NCBI RefSeq assembly: GCF_001194135.2
Contig: NC_068995.1
Coordinates: 33,776,458-33,840,457 of the forward strand
DNA length: 64,000 nucleotides
From: Octopus bimaculoides
Lineage: Eukaryota
Reading direction: 5' to 3'
Of this stretch, positions 39,480-53,359 are shown piece by piece (position 1 is the first letter of the stretch; each line of letters begins with the position of its first letter). A model generated the notes under the pieces. It was not told the DNA's origin. It saw only the letters and a program-made list of their open reading frames with translations, and did not search any database. Made by a program: the position numbers and the translations under genes.

Positions 39480-40260
39480 ACACAGGGTGGTGACTGATGA
39501 ATAAGGAGAACAGAAAGAAATCTGAGGCTGTACCAAACAGCTTCTCTTCATCAAAGCTGTCTTTTAGGAAGCAAAAGCTGCAAACTGTATGACTCGACTA
39601 TAAAATGGCATTTGACTATGTTCTTCACTCATGGATATTAGAGTCACTAAATCATGCCAAAGTTCCAACTGCTATAGTCAGCAACAGAATTAGGTTTTGT
39701 AATGTTTTTAGTCCTAGCTGTGAACTCCTTGTCAGCCTTGTTAAGGAAATACAAATTAATGCCATGACAGCAAGAGACAGAACTAGTTGCAACATTCTTG
39801 CAGGACACAGAAATGTAGGACACAGAAATGTAGTTTGGCCTCTCCATTTCCTCTGTCATCCATGAATATATTTGAAATTGTTGAGAATATTGCATATGTT
39901 GGTGCTGTGAGTAAAGTTATAGAAACAAAACACTTCAGCAAACTCTGAAAGGCATGGAAATCAGAGATGTTTGCATTTAATAAAATATTTCTCAATGCTT
40001 TTGCAGTGCCAGTATGCTCATTTGGGATACTTGACTAGATACTTGAATAAATCTGTGAACCAAGGGCAGATGGGCTGACCTAATTAGAGACTTGGATGAG
40101 AAATACCAAGCATACCAGCAGAATGTTATGCATGGGTAATCCCAACAACATTGACAAGAATAGTAAGTCTCACTTGAACCTTTGATAAATGTATCACATA
40201 CTACCTAGAAGAAACAGAAGATAGATATTAAATATCTGATTGATAAGAGAAATGAAGACG
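39480..40260 (+). mobile_element. R4/Dong-like (RLE-clade) non-LTR retrotransposon RT fragment
   Basis: AFDYVLHSWILESL..AKVP (KAFDSVPH.W motif) and a degenerate WKSE..AFNK...NAFAVPV..FGI; homologous to about 41830-41990. Confidence 0.6.
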
Positions 40261-40539
40261 CTTCTAGATGCAAGGTCTCAGCCAGACTGAGGGTGGCATG
40301 CATGGTGGTGGGACAATGAGGAAGATATAGATTCAGGAACTCTATTGTTTGAAACCAACTGTAAAAAGTTAATCAGAAAATATGAACAATATAAAATAAA
40401 AAAGATTAAACATAGTAGTGTATTTAATGAAACATATATATGCACACACATATACCATGGCATCAAAACCAGATACATTGGTTTAGGGAATAGATTATTC
40501 TCTTTTTGCCACTAATACAAGCCTGATAAAAAAATTATT

Positions 40540-42480
40540 TTCCCTGAATAAATGCAAAGAAACATTTTTGAAAAGATTGTAGCAGTAACTGAATGGCAAA
40601 GTTAAATACCACATGAAAAATGACCACTATATACACTACAGCAAGACAAGTACCAGAAGTTAGCTATTGCAAAGCTACCATGAGACATTCCAGTGTACTT
40701 TTGAACTGAACCAAGATCTATACTAGTTCTGTCTAACTAGTATAGGGTGCATGAAGAGACTAAAAGAATATTGGGATTAAAAAAAAAAAAATCCAATGTT
40801 TTCAAATTTTACAGAGAAACAATTATTCTTTGTTGAAAAGAAATGCACCATTTTACCAGCCAAAATCACTCATCAAAAATGTACAAATAATATTTGTATT
40901 GACAACACAGCATTTTTTTTTCTCTTAGGACACTGTGAAAGGTAAGAAAGAAGACCAAGGCAAAATGTTGCCATTACATGGATATGCTAAAAAAAGCTAA
41001 AATTGCAGCTTACACTGAGATTTAAGTAAAACTTCACTATCTACATACATGAGTCACTTCATAAAAGAATGTGCCTGACATGTACCAAGGATAAACACCC
41101 ACTGGCTCGGTGTTATTTGCACTCAACAAAATTGCAAGAAAACAACTAGCACAAATTCAAACTCCCAGCCTTTTGGGCAATGTTCTGCTATATTATGCTG
41201 CAGTAACTGTACACCAATAGATGAGAATAAAAGAGATTGATCCAAATGATAATACTCAGCCAAAATTGATAACCTTCTTCCAAAATAATATGAATGGACT
41301 CAGAAAAAAGATTAGACTATTGGATACTATCATCAAAAGCAGTGAGGAATGAATTCACAAAGCACCAACTAAGACTGCAAGAAAGATTCTTCAAATTGTA
41401 TGGGAATTGCCACCAAGAAACACTTGCAAGTAAATAAGTTACCTCCAAACATAATCTATGAGTAGTAAGCAAAAAACTTCACAACTGTAAGAAATTAATG
41501 AATGTGCAATGATAAATATTAAGTTTTCCTGAAATACACAAACTGTATATCAGTATGAAAGGTGAAGCTATCAAGCTGTAAATGCTCCTCCTCAGGAGGA
41601 TGATCTAAAGTTATATTCTGATAACATGAACAATATCAAAAGACAATTAGAACTTGCCATAACATTCTCACAGGACATAAGACTGCTGTTTGAGCAAAAT
41701 AAATGATCATACATGATAGTCAATAGAGGAAAGATTGCTGATCAGACAGAAAATGCAAACATCAATGGCTTGTCAATCTCTCCTCTCTTGGATGATGAAT
41801 ACTTTAGGTATCTTGGAAATGATGAAAATGTTGCATTCATTGGTGCTGTGAATAAAGCCAGAGTAACAAAAGAATAGTTTAGCAGACTCCATAAAATATG
41901 AAACTCAGAGCTGTTTGCATTTGATATTATAAAACTTTTGCAGTGTCAGTATCAACATTTGGGATATTAAACTGTATACTTGATGAAATCCATATCAACA
42001 GTAACATTGACGAGATCTATGTAAAATGAAGAGATGGTAACAAAAGAATAAGGTCAGTCCAAATGGCTTTTGAGTGGTACACACTATCACTCAAACAATA
42101 CGTGCTGAACTGTAAAGAAAAAAAAAGTGAGTACATTACATGCGTACTCAAAAGAACAATATCTTCAGAGTAGAGGAAAAACTCTTGAGCAAAACTGACC
42201 TACCTAAACAGAAGCTTGGAGGAGAAGCATTCATCATACTAGAGGAAACAATACATGGATACATCTTTTGCAAGCTAGAGGATAACAGCAGCTTCGACAG
42301 GAAGAGTAACCTCTCTTGGACATGCGATAGACACATTACATCTCATGCTGGCCATGAACAGGATAAAGCTGCTAAATACCTGATAAACAAGAGAGACAAA
42401 GCTGCCACCAAACTTTCATGTTGACTATACTCCACCAATGTGAAAGATCACCTACCTCAGCAGATGCAAACATGCCATCA
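40540..42480 (+). mobile_element. Second, longer R4/Dong-like non-LTR retrotransposon remnant
   Basis: DDLKLY, TFSQDI...F...KC, YFRYLGNDEN and SEL.AF...TFAVSV..FGIL remnants. Confidence 0.6.
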
Positions 42481-42899
42481 AAAGTTCATGAAAAAAGGCT
42501 ACTTACAGTGAACTAATGTGAAACTTACATCTCTTGTACTCTGGTTATAAAATTTCATTTGTAAAATCATCATAGGTGGATTAGACTATGTATCTATGGA
42601 TTTACACAAAACCCTAAAAATACTAGCATTTCCTAATAAAAAGCAAAAGAAACTGACATGCATCCTCCAAATCCAATTTATTCGAGACACAGTGAAAAGT
42701 TGTAAGATTCTCCATTTGAGATTTCTTAAATGAATATATGCACACACTTGGTTGTGTGCATCTGCAAGGACACCTATGAGAGTTGTCAGATAAATTTGTT
42801 TCTTACTTTCTAGTGTTATTTCACTTAAAACAAAAAATATTTTTATTGTAGTGTTTCATGTTTTGTTTTAGCTCTATTCTTCCTTTACAACTTTTATAG

Positions 42900-43574
42900 C
42901 TTTTGAAATTTGAATAAATTTCACCCCTTTTCAAACATATGACAATGGTATGCCCAGTAGGATAAAAAAAAAAGCATTTTTGACGCCTGCTTCACTTTGC
43001 TTTTAATCAAGCTGCCAAAGTGCCACTTCAAACAATTGTGCTGTATACAGGAGGCACTATAGCTGAAAGAACTGCACAGAAATAGTCTTTGTGCTTCAAG
43101 GCGTGAAATTGGACCTCTCAAACTTTTCGCATTTGTTCACGTCATTTCCAACTTGTTCACATCATTAAAAATCAATTGAATGAGCACATCCATGAGGATC
43201 CGTGCCAATCCACAAAGGAATAGGCCTAGCAGATAGAATGCACTAATGATACTGTTGCCCATAACTTTACTTGATAGGTAACGTTCCAAAACTTGGTGCA
43301 TGTGTACCACACTGAACAAGAGAGAAACTCCAGTACCTCTCTATTGCCATTAGTTAGCTTTCTGGACATCAGGCCACCTGTGGATACTGAGATTTCTTTA
43401 CTGCATTGTCACTGGTAATGAAAAATGGTGATTTTATGTCAATATGAAACAGAGCAAAGAATGGCTGAGCCCCAACAAGCAAGTAACACCTCAAGTCAAG
43501 CCAGAGCTGCATTGAAGCAAGATAATGATGCGTTTTATTTTATTAAAGAGCTTGGTTGAGAAGTTCTACCAGTG

Positions 43575-43615
<41 letters not shown>

Positions 43616-43840
43616 GAGACAGAGAGAGAGACAGAGAGAGAGAGAGAGACAGAGAGAGAGAACATCATCAGATAATCTCCTGTTTTTTGGTTACTCTCCA
43701 ACAGCTGAAAACATGGCTTGACAAATTCTTTGAGCCAAGAGTCAGCCATTTTTACTGTCAAGTCATTGACAAGAAGTCATGAACAAATGGCAGAGAATAT
43801 ATTATTGACTGCTTTGTTAAAACTATTGGTGAATAAAAAA
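42900..43840 (+). mobile_element. Decayed mariner (DD34D, WVPHEL-type) transposase with internal deletion and (GA)n insertion (43578-43660)
   Basis: Frameshifted remnants HF..LL.FAFNQ, IHEDPCQSTKE, KLGACVPH (WVPHEL), IVTGNEKW.FYVNMKQSKEWLSP and LKTWLDKFF. Confidence 0.75.
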
Positions 43841-44479
43841 AGAATCTGACAATACATATACACACATCTATATATATATACATATTTATACACACACAAT
43901 CATCATCTGTTTTAATGCTCACCTTCTCATGCTTGCACGAGTCAGACAGAGTTTATTAAGGCAGTTTTCTATTGGCCAGATGTCCTTCCTGTTTCCAACA
44001 CTCACTAGGTTCCAAGTAAGGTAATATTTACCCACAGTTAAATAGCATTTTTGCACAGAACATTGGAAATGAATGACATTTGTTTACAACAATCATGCAA
44101 CGTCAAGATAATGAGACACAACACATCCACACACACACACATATACAGGTTGTGGGAGCATTTGAGGATACTTTATCAGTATATTACTCTCCTCAAACTA
44201 AGTAAAGGATTGTTATTTTTGTCAGATACTGCATGGCTGGTAATATGCTAACACAAGAAATGAAAAGATATGCAGTTATTTTTGCTATATTTGTGGTATA
44301 CAGTGATTTAGAAATTGCTAACTTTCTAAATGTACACAAAGTTTAGATGGAATTGGAATCCTCTCTGGTAGGAATGTTTCAACCATATAAGAGAGGGAAA
44401 AATAAGACATTCTGAACATTTGGACACTGCAATTCATCCAGAAGGATCAAAACATTATCGATCAACCAAAACCAAAAAT

Positions 44480-44940
44480 CTAACAAGAGAAATGACAGAT
44501 GTGCAGATCCTTCTGATGTCTCCAGAAACTGTAATGGTTTTAGGAGTGGTAAGTAAAGAAGGTCATGTTATGCCACCCCATCTTCCTGAATGGACAAAGT
44601 ATGAAGTATGCAATGGAAGACCATATGTGTTTCCACAAGACTCAGCGCATTCTCACACAGCCTACATAACCTAAGAAAGGATGTTAGACAATCTTTCTGG
44701 TTATTTAATACCAAATGTGGCCTCCAGACATGCCACATTTAAATCCCATGGACTACTTTATTGGGAGCACTGTTGAAAGGGGTAGACTAACTGACATTCT
44801 TACAATACCGTAGCCTCACTGAAGGCTGCTGCTGTCCAAGTGATGTCCAAAATTAATAAGGATCATTTAGTGCAAACATGTCAATGATTCCAATTCTGCA
44901 CTGAAGCAGTCTACCAAGCTGAAGGTGGATTCATCTAATC
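44480..44940 (+). mobile_element. Tc1/mariner transposase DD-region remnant
   Basis: TVMVLGVVSKEGHVMPPH, GRPYVFPQDSAHSH and a degenerate LNPMDY motif. Confidence 0.75.
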
Positions 44941-46496
44941 TTATAAGAAAGTTTATCGAGAACGTGTGCACAAATTTTTTATTAAAATACATTTGGTTTT
45001 TGCTAGAATTAGACTTGTTTTAAATTACCAAATATGTCCTCAAATATCTCTTACACTGTGTATTCATAGATGTGTATATACATGTATGTATATACATGTG
45101 TGTATACACACATACACATTTCTACACATATATCTATACAGATATACATATGTATAGGTATATAAGTTTTGAAAATTTGCATTTTTTCCTTTGTTATCCT
45201 AATAATAAAAGGCATTATTTCAACATTAATAAAAGAGTTTGATATGGCCTGAAACAAAACTGAATATTTAATTGTATTATTTCACATTCAGCACTTAAGT
45301 GTTTATATTTTGTTAGACATTGGAAAGATTAGTAGTGGGTATTGTCTGTGCTCAGGATATCAATAAGTCTTGATCTGCTCTTGGTACTGATATCTCTATG
45401 ATGACAGACATGGATAAGTTACTTAAAAGCAGGTCTAGAATCTTTACTGTATTATCCTTTCAGTGTTTTACTGTTCTGTATTCAAAACCTGCTAAAGACA
45501 TATTAACTCACATCTTGGGGTTAATATAAACGTCAATGTGATTGACCTTGTGCTAAATCAAAATATTATAGTTTTGCATTTAAGTATAATAATCAGATAC
45601 CCTTTTTTTAAAAAACAACAAAGCAAGAAATTGGTTTAGTAACAAATCAGTGGAGTAATATTTCCATAACTCATAGAATGAAGAATGGTATAAGGTTTAC
45701 ATTGGCAAGGTCTGAAGCCAAAAAAAAAAAAAAAAATGAAAAAAAAATGGTGTTAGGTGGTGGAAAACAGAAGCATGTGAAGCAATTTTAGTTGTGCAGT
45801 CCCAGGTCATCCCTGATTGAGCAAAGGAAGTTGATTAAATCATGAGGTGTGATCATCATAGCTTGCTTTCCAATTATATCAGTTAGACCTGCTATTATTA
45901 TACCAAGCAGTTATAAGCAGGAGCAGAGAAAGACAGTCAAGTTTGGAAGATCAACACTTATTGCAATTAAAAAACAGTGTGGAAATGAAGCATGATAAAA
46001 AGAAATATGATGAGAAAAGATCTAACAAGGTGAAGAGCTTTCTTCAAAATACAATCACAAGCAGAATAAAACATATCACTGATGAACATATTCTGGCTAA
46101 GTAGACTTAGTACAATCATCACAGTGTAGTGGAATGCATATTTCACTGATAGAGTTTTGGCAATCTAAAAATTTGATATTTATAGAAAAGACTACTCAAG
46201 ATAGCAAGTCTGAGAATGTATATATAGAATGAGTAGAATCCCCCAAATAGAATTTGCAATGAGATAAAGTGATTATATTTGGTATCTAAATTCTGTAATA
46301 TTGTTATATTTTCATAGAAAGGTACCCACTAGAAGTCATGGATTGAGTGGAAAAAAGGAATGAATACGAATGCAACAAGTTTAGATATTGAAAATAACTG
46401 ATAAAAACAACTATCAAAGATTAGCTTTAGATGTTACATATTTATGGCTTCTGTAGTGAATGAGTTTGATTTCACTAAGTTTGCACATATTTGTCA

Positions 46497-46556
46497 AATC
46501 TATCGATATTAGCTCTGAGTAACAAATCTATCAGATATTAGCTCTGGGTAACAGCA
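46497..46556. repeat. ~28-29-bp direct tandem duplication
   Basis: AAATCTATC(A)GATATTAGCTCTGRGTAAC x2. Confidence 0.85.
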
Positions 46557-46690
46557 TACACTAAATGATGGAATAAATACTAGATTTTTGAGTTTAAGTC
46601 TTGACTATTTCAGTTTCCATTATTACGAATACAAAAGTTAGATTAAATACCAAAGCATAGCATTGCAAGAATATTTCATTCACATAATAA

Positions 46691-46726
<36 letters not shown>

Positions 46727-48019
46727 ATATATATACACACACACACACATTATTTCTACACTAATACAACAACCAACATAGAAAAAGCAAATAAAATGGT
46801 TTAACATTAACTTCCACCTAAAATCTTTGGATAATTTCTACTTTGAGTTAGTTTTCTAGGACATCATTCACACACATAAAACACAAAAATAAAAGTTATG
46901 AAAAAAAAAAGGACTACACAAATTAACAAAACAGCTACATTTCAGTTTCCAAACTTTTAAACTTTAAAAAAAATTGTAAATGAATATAAAAAAAAAAAGG
47001 AAATTTCCTTCAAATATCAAAAGCTGTTGGTTTCTGTTGTAAAACTTCCCATTTCTCCCACCTGTAAATATGAGGTAGTTTGGCTTCTAAAAAATTCTTA
47101 TTCTCATTTTTATGATTATTATATTATTACTGTTGTTGCAGCATAGAAATATGCAATATCTTATGCGGTATATAATTTAATACCTTTAAATTATTTTATA
47201 TTGAATAAAGTAAAGATAAAATCATAATTAGGTTCCATTTTAAAATAAGTATAATGGGAACAATTCACATAATTCTGAAGATAAACTTAAGAAATCTACA
47301 AAACAAGAACACTTATTTTTAAAATAATAAAAAACTGATTAAAAAAATTGAAGTGTTCCAACTGTGCTGGCTATATACAATCTTAGAATTTTATTGGTGG
47401 GGCAAGGAGAAGAAAATAAGCTAACCAGAGGAATGAGTTATGGATGCTTTTTTTTTTGGAGAATAACCCTAAATATCAAAACCTACATGATACAAAGTTT
47501 TGAAAAAGTTAATATCTCTCATGTTTCCAAGGTAAGGTTGGTGTGTCCTTATGTTATATCTGTATGACTAAGCTTCAAACAAAATTCTACAATCTCGAAA
47601 TAAGTTATTATGGAAGACTATTCTATACATCCTATATAGAGGGCACAGAACTAACCAAAATTTCATGAAGCCAGGTTAAGTACAGAACACATGGTTATCG
47701 AGATAAAGTAAAATTAAACACAAACTGTAATGGCAGGGTCACTTCTTGAAATAATCTAGAGTTGCATAGAATATCTTGCATATTGCTGAATGAACACAAA
47801 TAAATGCTATTTATGAAAGTTCTCTTGCTATGTAGACTCAGTTGTAGTATTGAATGTTGGTACTTATATCATATCAACCAGCACTTTTCTTAATTTGATT
47901 TCCTGAGGTCAACATACTAAATTACCATTTAAAATAGAATTTTTGAACTCAACTTCAAGTTGTTTCAACATATGTATTTTTATCATCGCTATCTTCATTC
48001 TTATCATCATTATGAAAGT

Positions 48020-48230
48020 GAGCTGACAAAATTGTTACCGTGCCAGAAAAAATGTTTTGTGGCATTTCTTCTGATTTAATGTTTTGCGCTCAAATTCCAC
48101 CAAAATCAACCTTGCCTTTTATCCCTTCAGGGGTTGATAAAATAAATAACAGTTGAACATTGGAATCAATGTAATCAACTTACTCCCTCCTCCTCCTCCT
48201 CCCAAATTGCAGGCCAAAATTTGAAAACAT
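48020..48230 (+). mobile_element. SINE family A copy
   Basis: Homologous to 5597-5815. Confidence 0.7.
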
Positions 48231-48611
48231 TAAGATACAGATAGATATGTCCAAGGATCAAAGGAGTGGACAGACCAAGTTTAACTTCAACAACTTAATT
48301 GAAAAAAAAAAGGGCCATGTCAGAAAATCTTAAGATAATTTGTTATTTCAATTTATGAGTGGAATTTATCCAAATATCTTAAGTACGTTAAACCCAAGTT
48401 AAACTCCATTTGCATCCTTTTAATCAACTGCCTTTGCACTTGCAATATTGGTTCTGTGGTTTGGTTGTCCAATATCAATGTTTATGTGGCTAAATTTTAC
48501 CTTTTAATAGCATCAAGCAGTGCTTTCCAAAGTGACTGGTGGAAAGTTTTAAATGGAGACTGGCTGACAAAGCATTAGATGAATTTTGTAATTTACCTAA
48601 TATTCAGTTCA

Positions 48612-49015
48612 GACATGGCTAAGTGGTTAAGAGGTTTGCTTCCCAATTACTCGAATTCTTGCTGAGTTATGTGTAGCACCTGGGGAAGTATCTTCTACTA
48701 TAGCCACAGGCCGACCAAAGCCTCGTGTGTGAAGCTGGTAGAGGGAAATTAAAAGAGGCCGAATGTATAGTTGTAACATGTATATATGTGTGGATGTCTT
48801 GGTGTCTCCTTGTCGTGACATCATGCAATACTTGTAAATGAGTGTCCCTATCATGCAAGTGGTGTCATTCATTTTCAATTTTCTGTGAAAACATGTCTGG
48901 CCATGGGGAAACAGGTGAGAGTTGGCAACAGGAAGAGCCATAGAAAATCTGCTGCAACAAGTTCAGTCTGACCCGTGCAATCATTGAAAAGTGGACATTA
49001 AAATGATGATGATGA
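48612..49015 (+). mobile_element. SINE family B, near full length, with RTE-like tail
   Basis: TGGCTAAGTGGTTAAG head, family body, ends GGACATTAAAATGATGATGAT. Confidence 0.75.
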
Positions 49016-50314
49016 TAACATATACAGTTGAAAAGTTAATTTAATGCTGAAACAACTCAGGACCTGGGAGTCCTAAGTTTTAGATGGAAATTTATTAGGA
49101 TGCTGATTACAGGGAATTAAACCAATCTGAAGTATTGGTTGGTCGGAACACTACTTAAATCAAGTCTACTAAGTAAAATGAGTTTCAAGAGTAACACTTA
49201 TTTTCTTCAATTAAAAAAAACAAAAAACTATGAAGTTGGCATAAGAAATACAAACAAAAGGGAAGCCTACAACCACAGAGATTAATATCTAGTAAGCCTA
49301 CTTACTACTGCTTCAAAATAGCTATTTCATTAAGGGCTTCAAGTTGTTCTATTTCTCTAAATTATCTTTTCTCTTAATCTTAGTCAATGTCCTATGTGGT
49401 TCTAAACAAAACAATAGAATCCTGCCAAAACAGTTCATCTGGGAAGTGGTGGTGGTGGTGGTGGTGGGGGGGGACTAAAAAACTTGAAGTAGATTTTACA
49501 CAAAATTTAAATTCGAGAAATAAGATTTTGTTTTTGATTTAGAACTTTTTTGTCTTATGGGTTGTGCTGATACAATAAGTTAAAGCTGTACATTGCTAGT
49601 GCAAGGGAAGGGAAATGGAAAAATAGGCTTTAAATCTCAACAGCTTTTATTGATCTGAACAAACTTTATTGATATGAATAACAGTAATTGAAACATTGAA
49701 TTTTGAATAGTTCTTAAAAACTATACTCAGCTGCAAAGTTTACTTATTATAGTGAAGAAATTTAATTTTTCTAAGATTTATAAACAACAGAGAACTAAAA
49801 TAGCTTTCATACATTCTAAAATCAAAATTAAATTAATTACTGATTTACTGAATATGAAACAACTGTTGGCTATGAAATAAAAATGCCATAAACTCCAATC
49901 TCCAATTGTCATTATTCATATTCTGTGTCAGAAATGGAACTTGCAGATTTTCTGTTTTATTTGAAACAACAGATTCCTAAGGGGATATATCTCCCTTTTG
50001 CAATTTTCAGTTAGCTGCTGTCTGCAGAAGTGTTTCACAAGGTAAAAACCTACATTATCTTATCTCAATACATACATATTGAATATTTTCGGGATGGTGA
50101 ACCCAGGATTTACTCATCAGATGAATTAGTGGGATTGTTCACCGTAAATAATCTTAGGTGCTTCTTACTACTCAATGTGAACCCAGAATATATCTGAGTG
50201 CTTGTATGGTACTCACCTGTATAATTTATCCCCATATACTCATCATATATATATATATATAAATTTATTAACGAGAATAAACATTTCTCCTCTTACAAGT
50301 TCCAAATTCCTTAC

Positions 50315-50329
50315 CAGTAGTCAAAACAT
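50315..50329 (-). CDS. Candidate 15-nt microexon ATGTTTTGACTACTG
   Basis: TACTGAGTTTACTTTTTGTGTATTTAG| acceptor with branch-like ACTGA and CTG|GTAAGG donor; symmetric length. Confidence 0.3.
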
Positions 50330-51735
50330 CTAAATACACAAAAAGTAAACTCAGTAAATAGTTTTTTTTTTAACCTAAAGGTGTCATGACTAGGAGATTA
50401 AGATATTCAACAACTGACCTTACTATTGTGACCATTAAATGAGTTCAAGCCCTAGTATTGGTCATTATGTGATGGTCAAGTCACAGAACTGTTTCCATAA
50501 ATTTTTTTGAATAATATCAAGTTCCAGTTCTACTTATTTGCTGATATATTTAGAAATGTCCAGCTTATTAAATATTGCACTGTATAAGTCCTACACAACA
50601 TAGTCTTATATGGAAAATAATTGGAAAAGGAGGGAACATAAAATGATTTAAAGTTGTTTTTTTTTCCACACCAGCATTGAAAGATTAGTCATTTTTATTA
50701 AATCAGGTATTTGTAATGACCCTTTTTATTATAGGCACAAGACCTGAAATTTTTTTTGGCAGGGTAGGGATGAGGGGTAAGTCAATTACATCAACTCCCA
50801 GTGCTCCCAAAAGGATGAAAAGCAAAGTTGACCTCGGTGTGTGTTTTAACTGACGTCTAAAAGTATTATACTGATGTAAAAATAATCAGTTATATAGATA
50901 TGAAGCAGTTTACCTTTTTCTTTAATAGTCATATTAAAATTATCATTTAGTTATTTATTCACATTCAAACTAATAAATCAATTTCAATGTAAGATTACAA
51001 ATGACTAGTTAGTAATGAAAACTTCCACTGTTTCACTATTCTACCCTGACAACAGGTTTGTTTTTATTTTTAATTAACCAACCAATCACGAAAATATAAA
51101 TTTATCTATCAAATTCATAACCAAGTGAATGAGAGGGTTACCAACTGAAAACCATATTCATGTAGTGCGTCTAGAGAAATTTGAACCCAAACTGCTGTGC
51201 TGGTCACAAACTGAGAAGCTTTTAGATAGAGGACTACTAGCTAGGCAGTCTGATGCCACTATAATATTGTGTGTGCATACACACACACATACAACAAATC
51301 CTACCACCTGAACTTATTTTAGACTTTGAAATTTAAATCTTACATATTTAGTTACCATTGTGACATAACGCAATATCTGGCTTAGTTGATCAGTTCTTAG
51401 GGTGTAAATTCAAAAGGAATAATTTTTAATGATCTTTGAAATAGAAAGAACCAAGAACCAAATTCACAGAGAAAAGAGTGGTTAGTGCATTAGTAATTCC
51501 AGTAGTGTTTGAAGTAGTTAGAGGAATGGGTTATTAAAGTAAATAAAAATTAAAACCAACCAAAAAATAAAGTTAAAATAATAAATAAAAGAGGAAGTTA
51601 AAAATTAGGAGCAAGGCTTGATAGGATGATGAGGAGGATTCTGCTGAGAAGTGAAACACCAGGACCATGCAAGTTTGATAGTTGAAGGAATGCAAGGAAC
51701 TTTAGACCCTGCCAATGGTGTTTAGCAAATCTTAC

Positions 51736-51771
51736 CCGTGGCTGATCAAAGTCCCCTTTTTCAGGATCCTT
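51736..51771 (-). CDS. Candidate 36-nt exon (KDPEKGDFDQPR in phase 0)
   Basis: TTAGTTTTTGTTGTTACAG| acceptor and CGG|GTAAGA donor; purine-rich, non-repetitive; phase 0 joins the terminal exon in frame. Confidence 0.5.
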
Positions 51772-52429
51772 CTGTAACAACAAAAACTAAGGGTACTAAA
51801 TTTACTGCTGGGAAAGGTTTTAAAATGTTAAACATGAAGTGAAAAGTATGGATTTCTCTTCGAAATTCAATGAAATCAACTGTATCTTTCTGTGTCTCTC
51901 TTTCAAATTATATTTTAAACACAAGTACAAAAAAGTAAAAAGAAACAACAAAAACAAAAAATATTTAGTATTCTTGTAGTACATATTAGCAGAATTATTT
52001 CAATGGTATTATGGTAATGTAAACACTAATATAATTTTAATATTTTTATCCAAGATTTTCTCAATAGTTTCTTTATTCCTGTTAGGAGGACTTGTGGTAG
52101 CTAAGTGCTGGAGATGGTTCTAATGAATCACGGAGTTGTGTAGGTAGAAAGAATTACTCGTGTCAAAAAAAAAAAAAAAAAATGTAATGATTCATGTAGT
52201 AATTGAGACATAGGAAGTTAAATGTAAGATCCTTAGAAACTAGAGAGGAAAAGATAAATATGGTCAATTACAATGAGTGAAGGCTGAGTGAGGCAGGTTA
52301 AGATAATGAATAATGACAGCAGGTTGAGATATAATGGTTTTTGTTTGGATAAATAAATGGATGGAATCTAATGGATATAAAGGCACTAAAAATATAGAGA
52401 AAACAAAGGAGAGAAAGAGTGAATTAAGA

Positions 52430-52610
52430 GATGAGAGAGAGTTGAAAATAAAGCATGAGGGAGTTGAAAATAATGTATGAGAGAGAGAATTGAAAATAAT
52501 TTATGAGAGAGAGAGTTGAAAATAATGCACGAGAGAGAGAGAGAGTGTGTGTGTTGAAAATAATGAGAGAGAGTGTGTGTTGAAAATAATGAGAGAGAGA
52601 GAATGAGCTG
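52430..52610. repeat. Minisatellite: TTGAAAATAA core alternating with (GA)n/(GT)n spacers
   Basis: Six copies of the core at irregular ~21-35-bp spacing. Confidence 0.85.
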
Positions 52611-53118
52611 AATATGAATAATGAAAATTGTAGAGAATAGTTTGAGATTGAATAATTGGAAGTAAGTCAGATTTGAGAATGCACAATGAGAGAGTATGAA
52701 TGCTGTATAGAGAGAGAAAGAGAGACAGGGAGGAGAATGTAGACAATTCAGTGTTATTTAACATATTTTTGATAAATTAGACTGAAATACAGAAAAACAG
52801 AAAAAGAATGTTTATCACATGACAGAATTGAGACTATTGTAGAAAATATGAATATAGGTGTAAATCTTGCACTTAATTATGAACTATTCCAAAGTCATGG
52901 CTGCAGTCAGCTGCTTGGACTGGGCACTAATTTTTACAGTTTTAATTCTCAGTCTATTTGTATATTCAAGGGAAGTAGAAATAGAAGAAAAAAGAATAAA
53001 ATAACCACAATTTCAAATGGATTTGGCATAGATACAACTTAGAAGCCAATTGCTAGCAACTTTGCTTTTAAATATAAATGAATTTTTTTGTCTACTCTTT
53101 CTTTGTTTCTTAATTTAC

Positions 53119-53159
53119 CAAAAGCATTTAAACAGACAGAATAGACCATTGAAAATATC
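53119..53159 (-). CDS. Candidate 41-nt exon (IFSMVYSVCLNAF or DIFNGLFCLFKCF)
   Basis: Long pyrimidine tract TTTTTTTATGCACCTTTTCATTTATATATTTTCAG| and TTG|GTAAAT donor. Confidence 0.35.
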
Positions 53160-53224
53160 CTGAAAATATATAAATGAAAAGGTGCATAAAAAAATATAAT
53201 AGAAAACAAAGTACCTAACTTTAA

Positions 53225-53305
53225 ATGATTATGTGTGTGTGTGTATATATACACACATGTATGTATATATGTGTATATATGTATGTATATGTGTGTGGAT
53301 ATGTA

Positions 53306-53359
<54 letters not shown>

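Noticed and set aside
42529-42540. 12-nt AG/GTAAGT-bounded segment (also similar pairs near 17595-17640, 22500-22530, 49300 and 51340)
   Set aside because: Weak acceptors; the number of such pairs is compatible with chance in AT-rich sequence.
42921-43319. Minus-strand ORFs that looked like a TM segment or a hAT C-terminus
   Set aside because: The plus strand carries clear mariner motifs (WVPH-like, IVTG.EKW); the minus ORFs are shadows.
50211-50219. AG|GTGAGT recursive-splice-like motif on the minus strand
   Set aside because: No polypyrimidine tract upstream.
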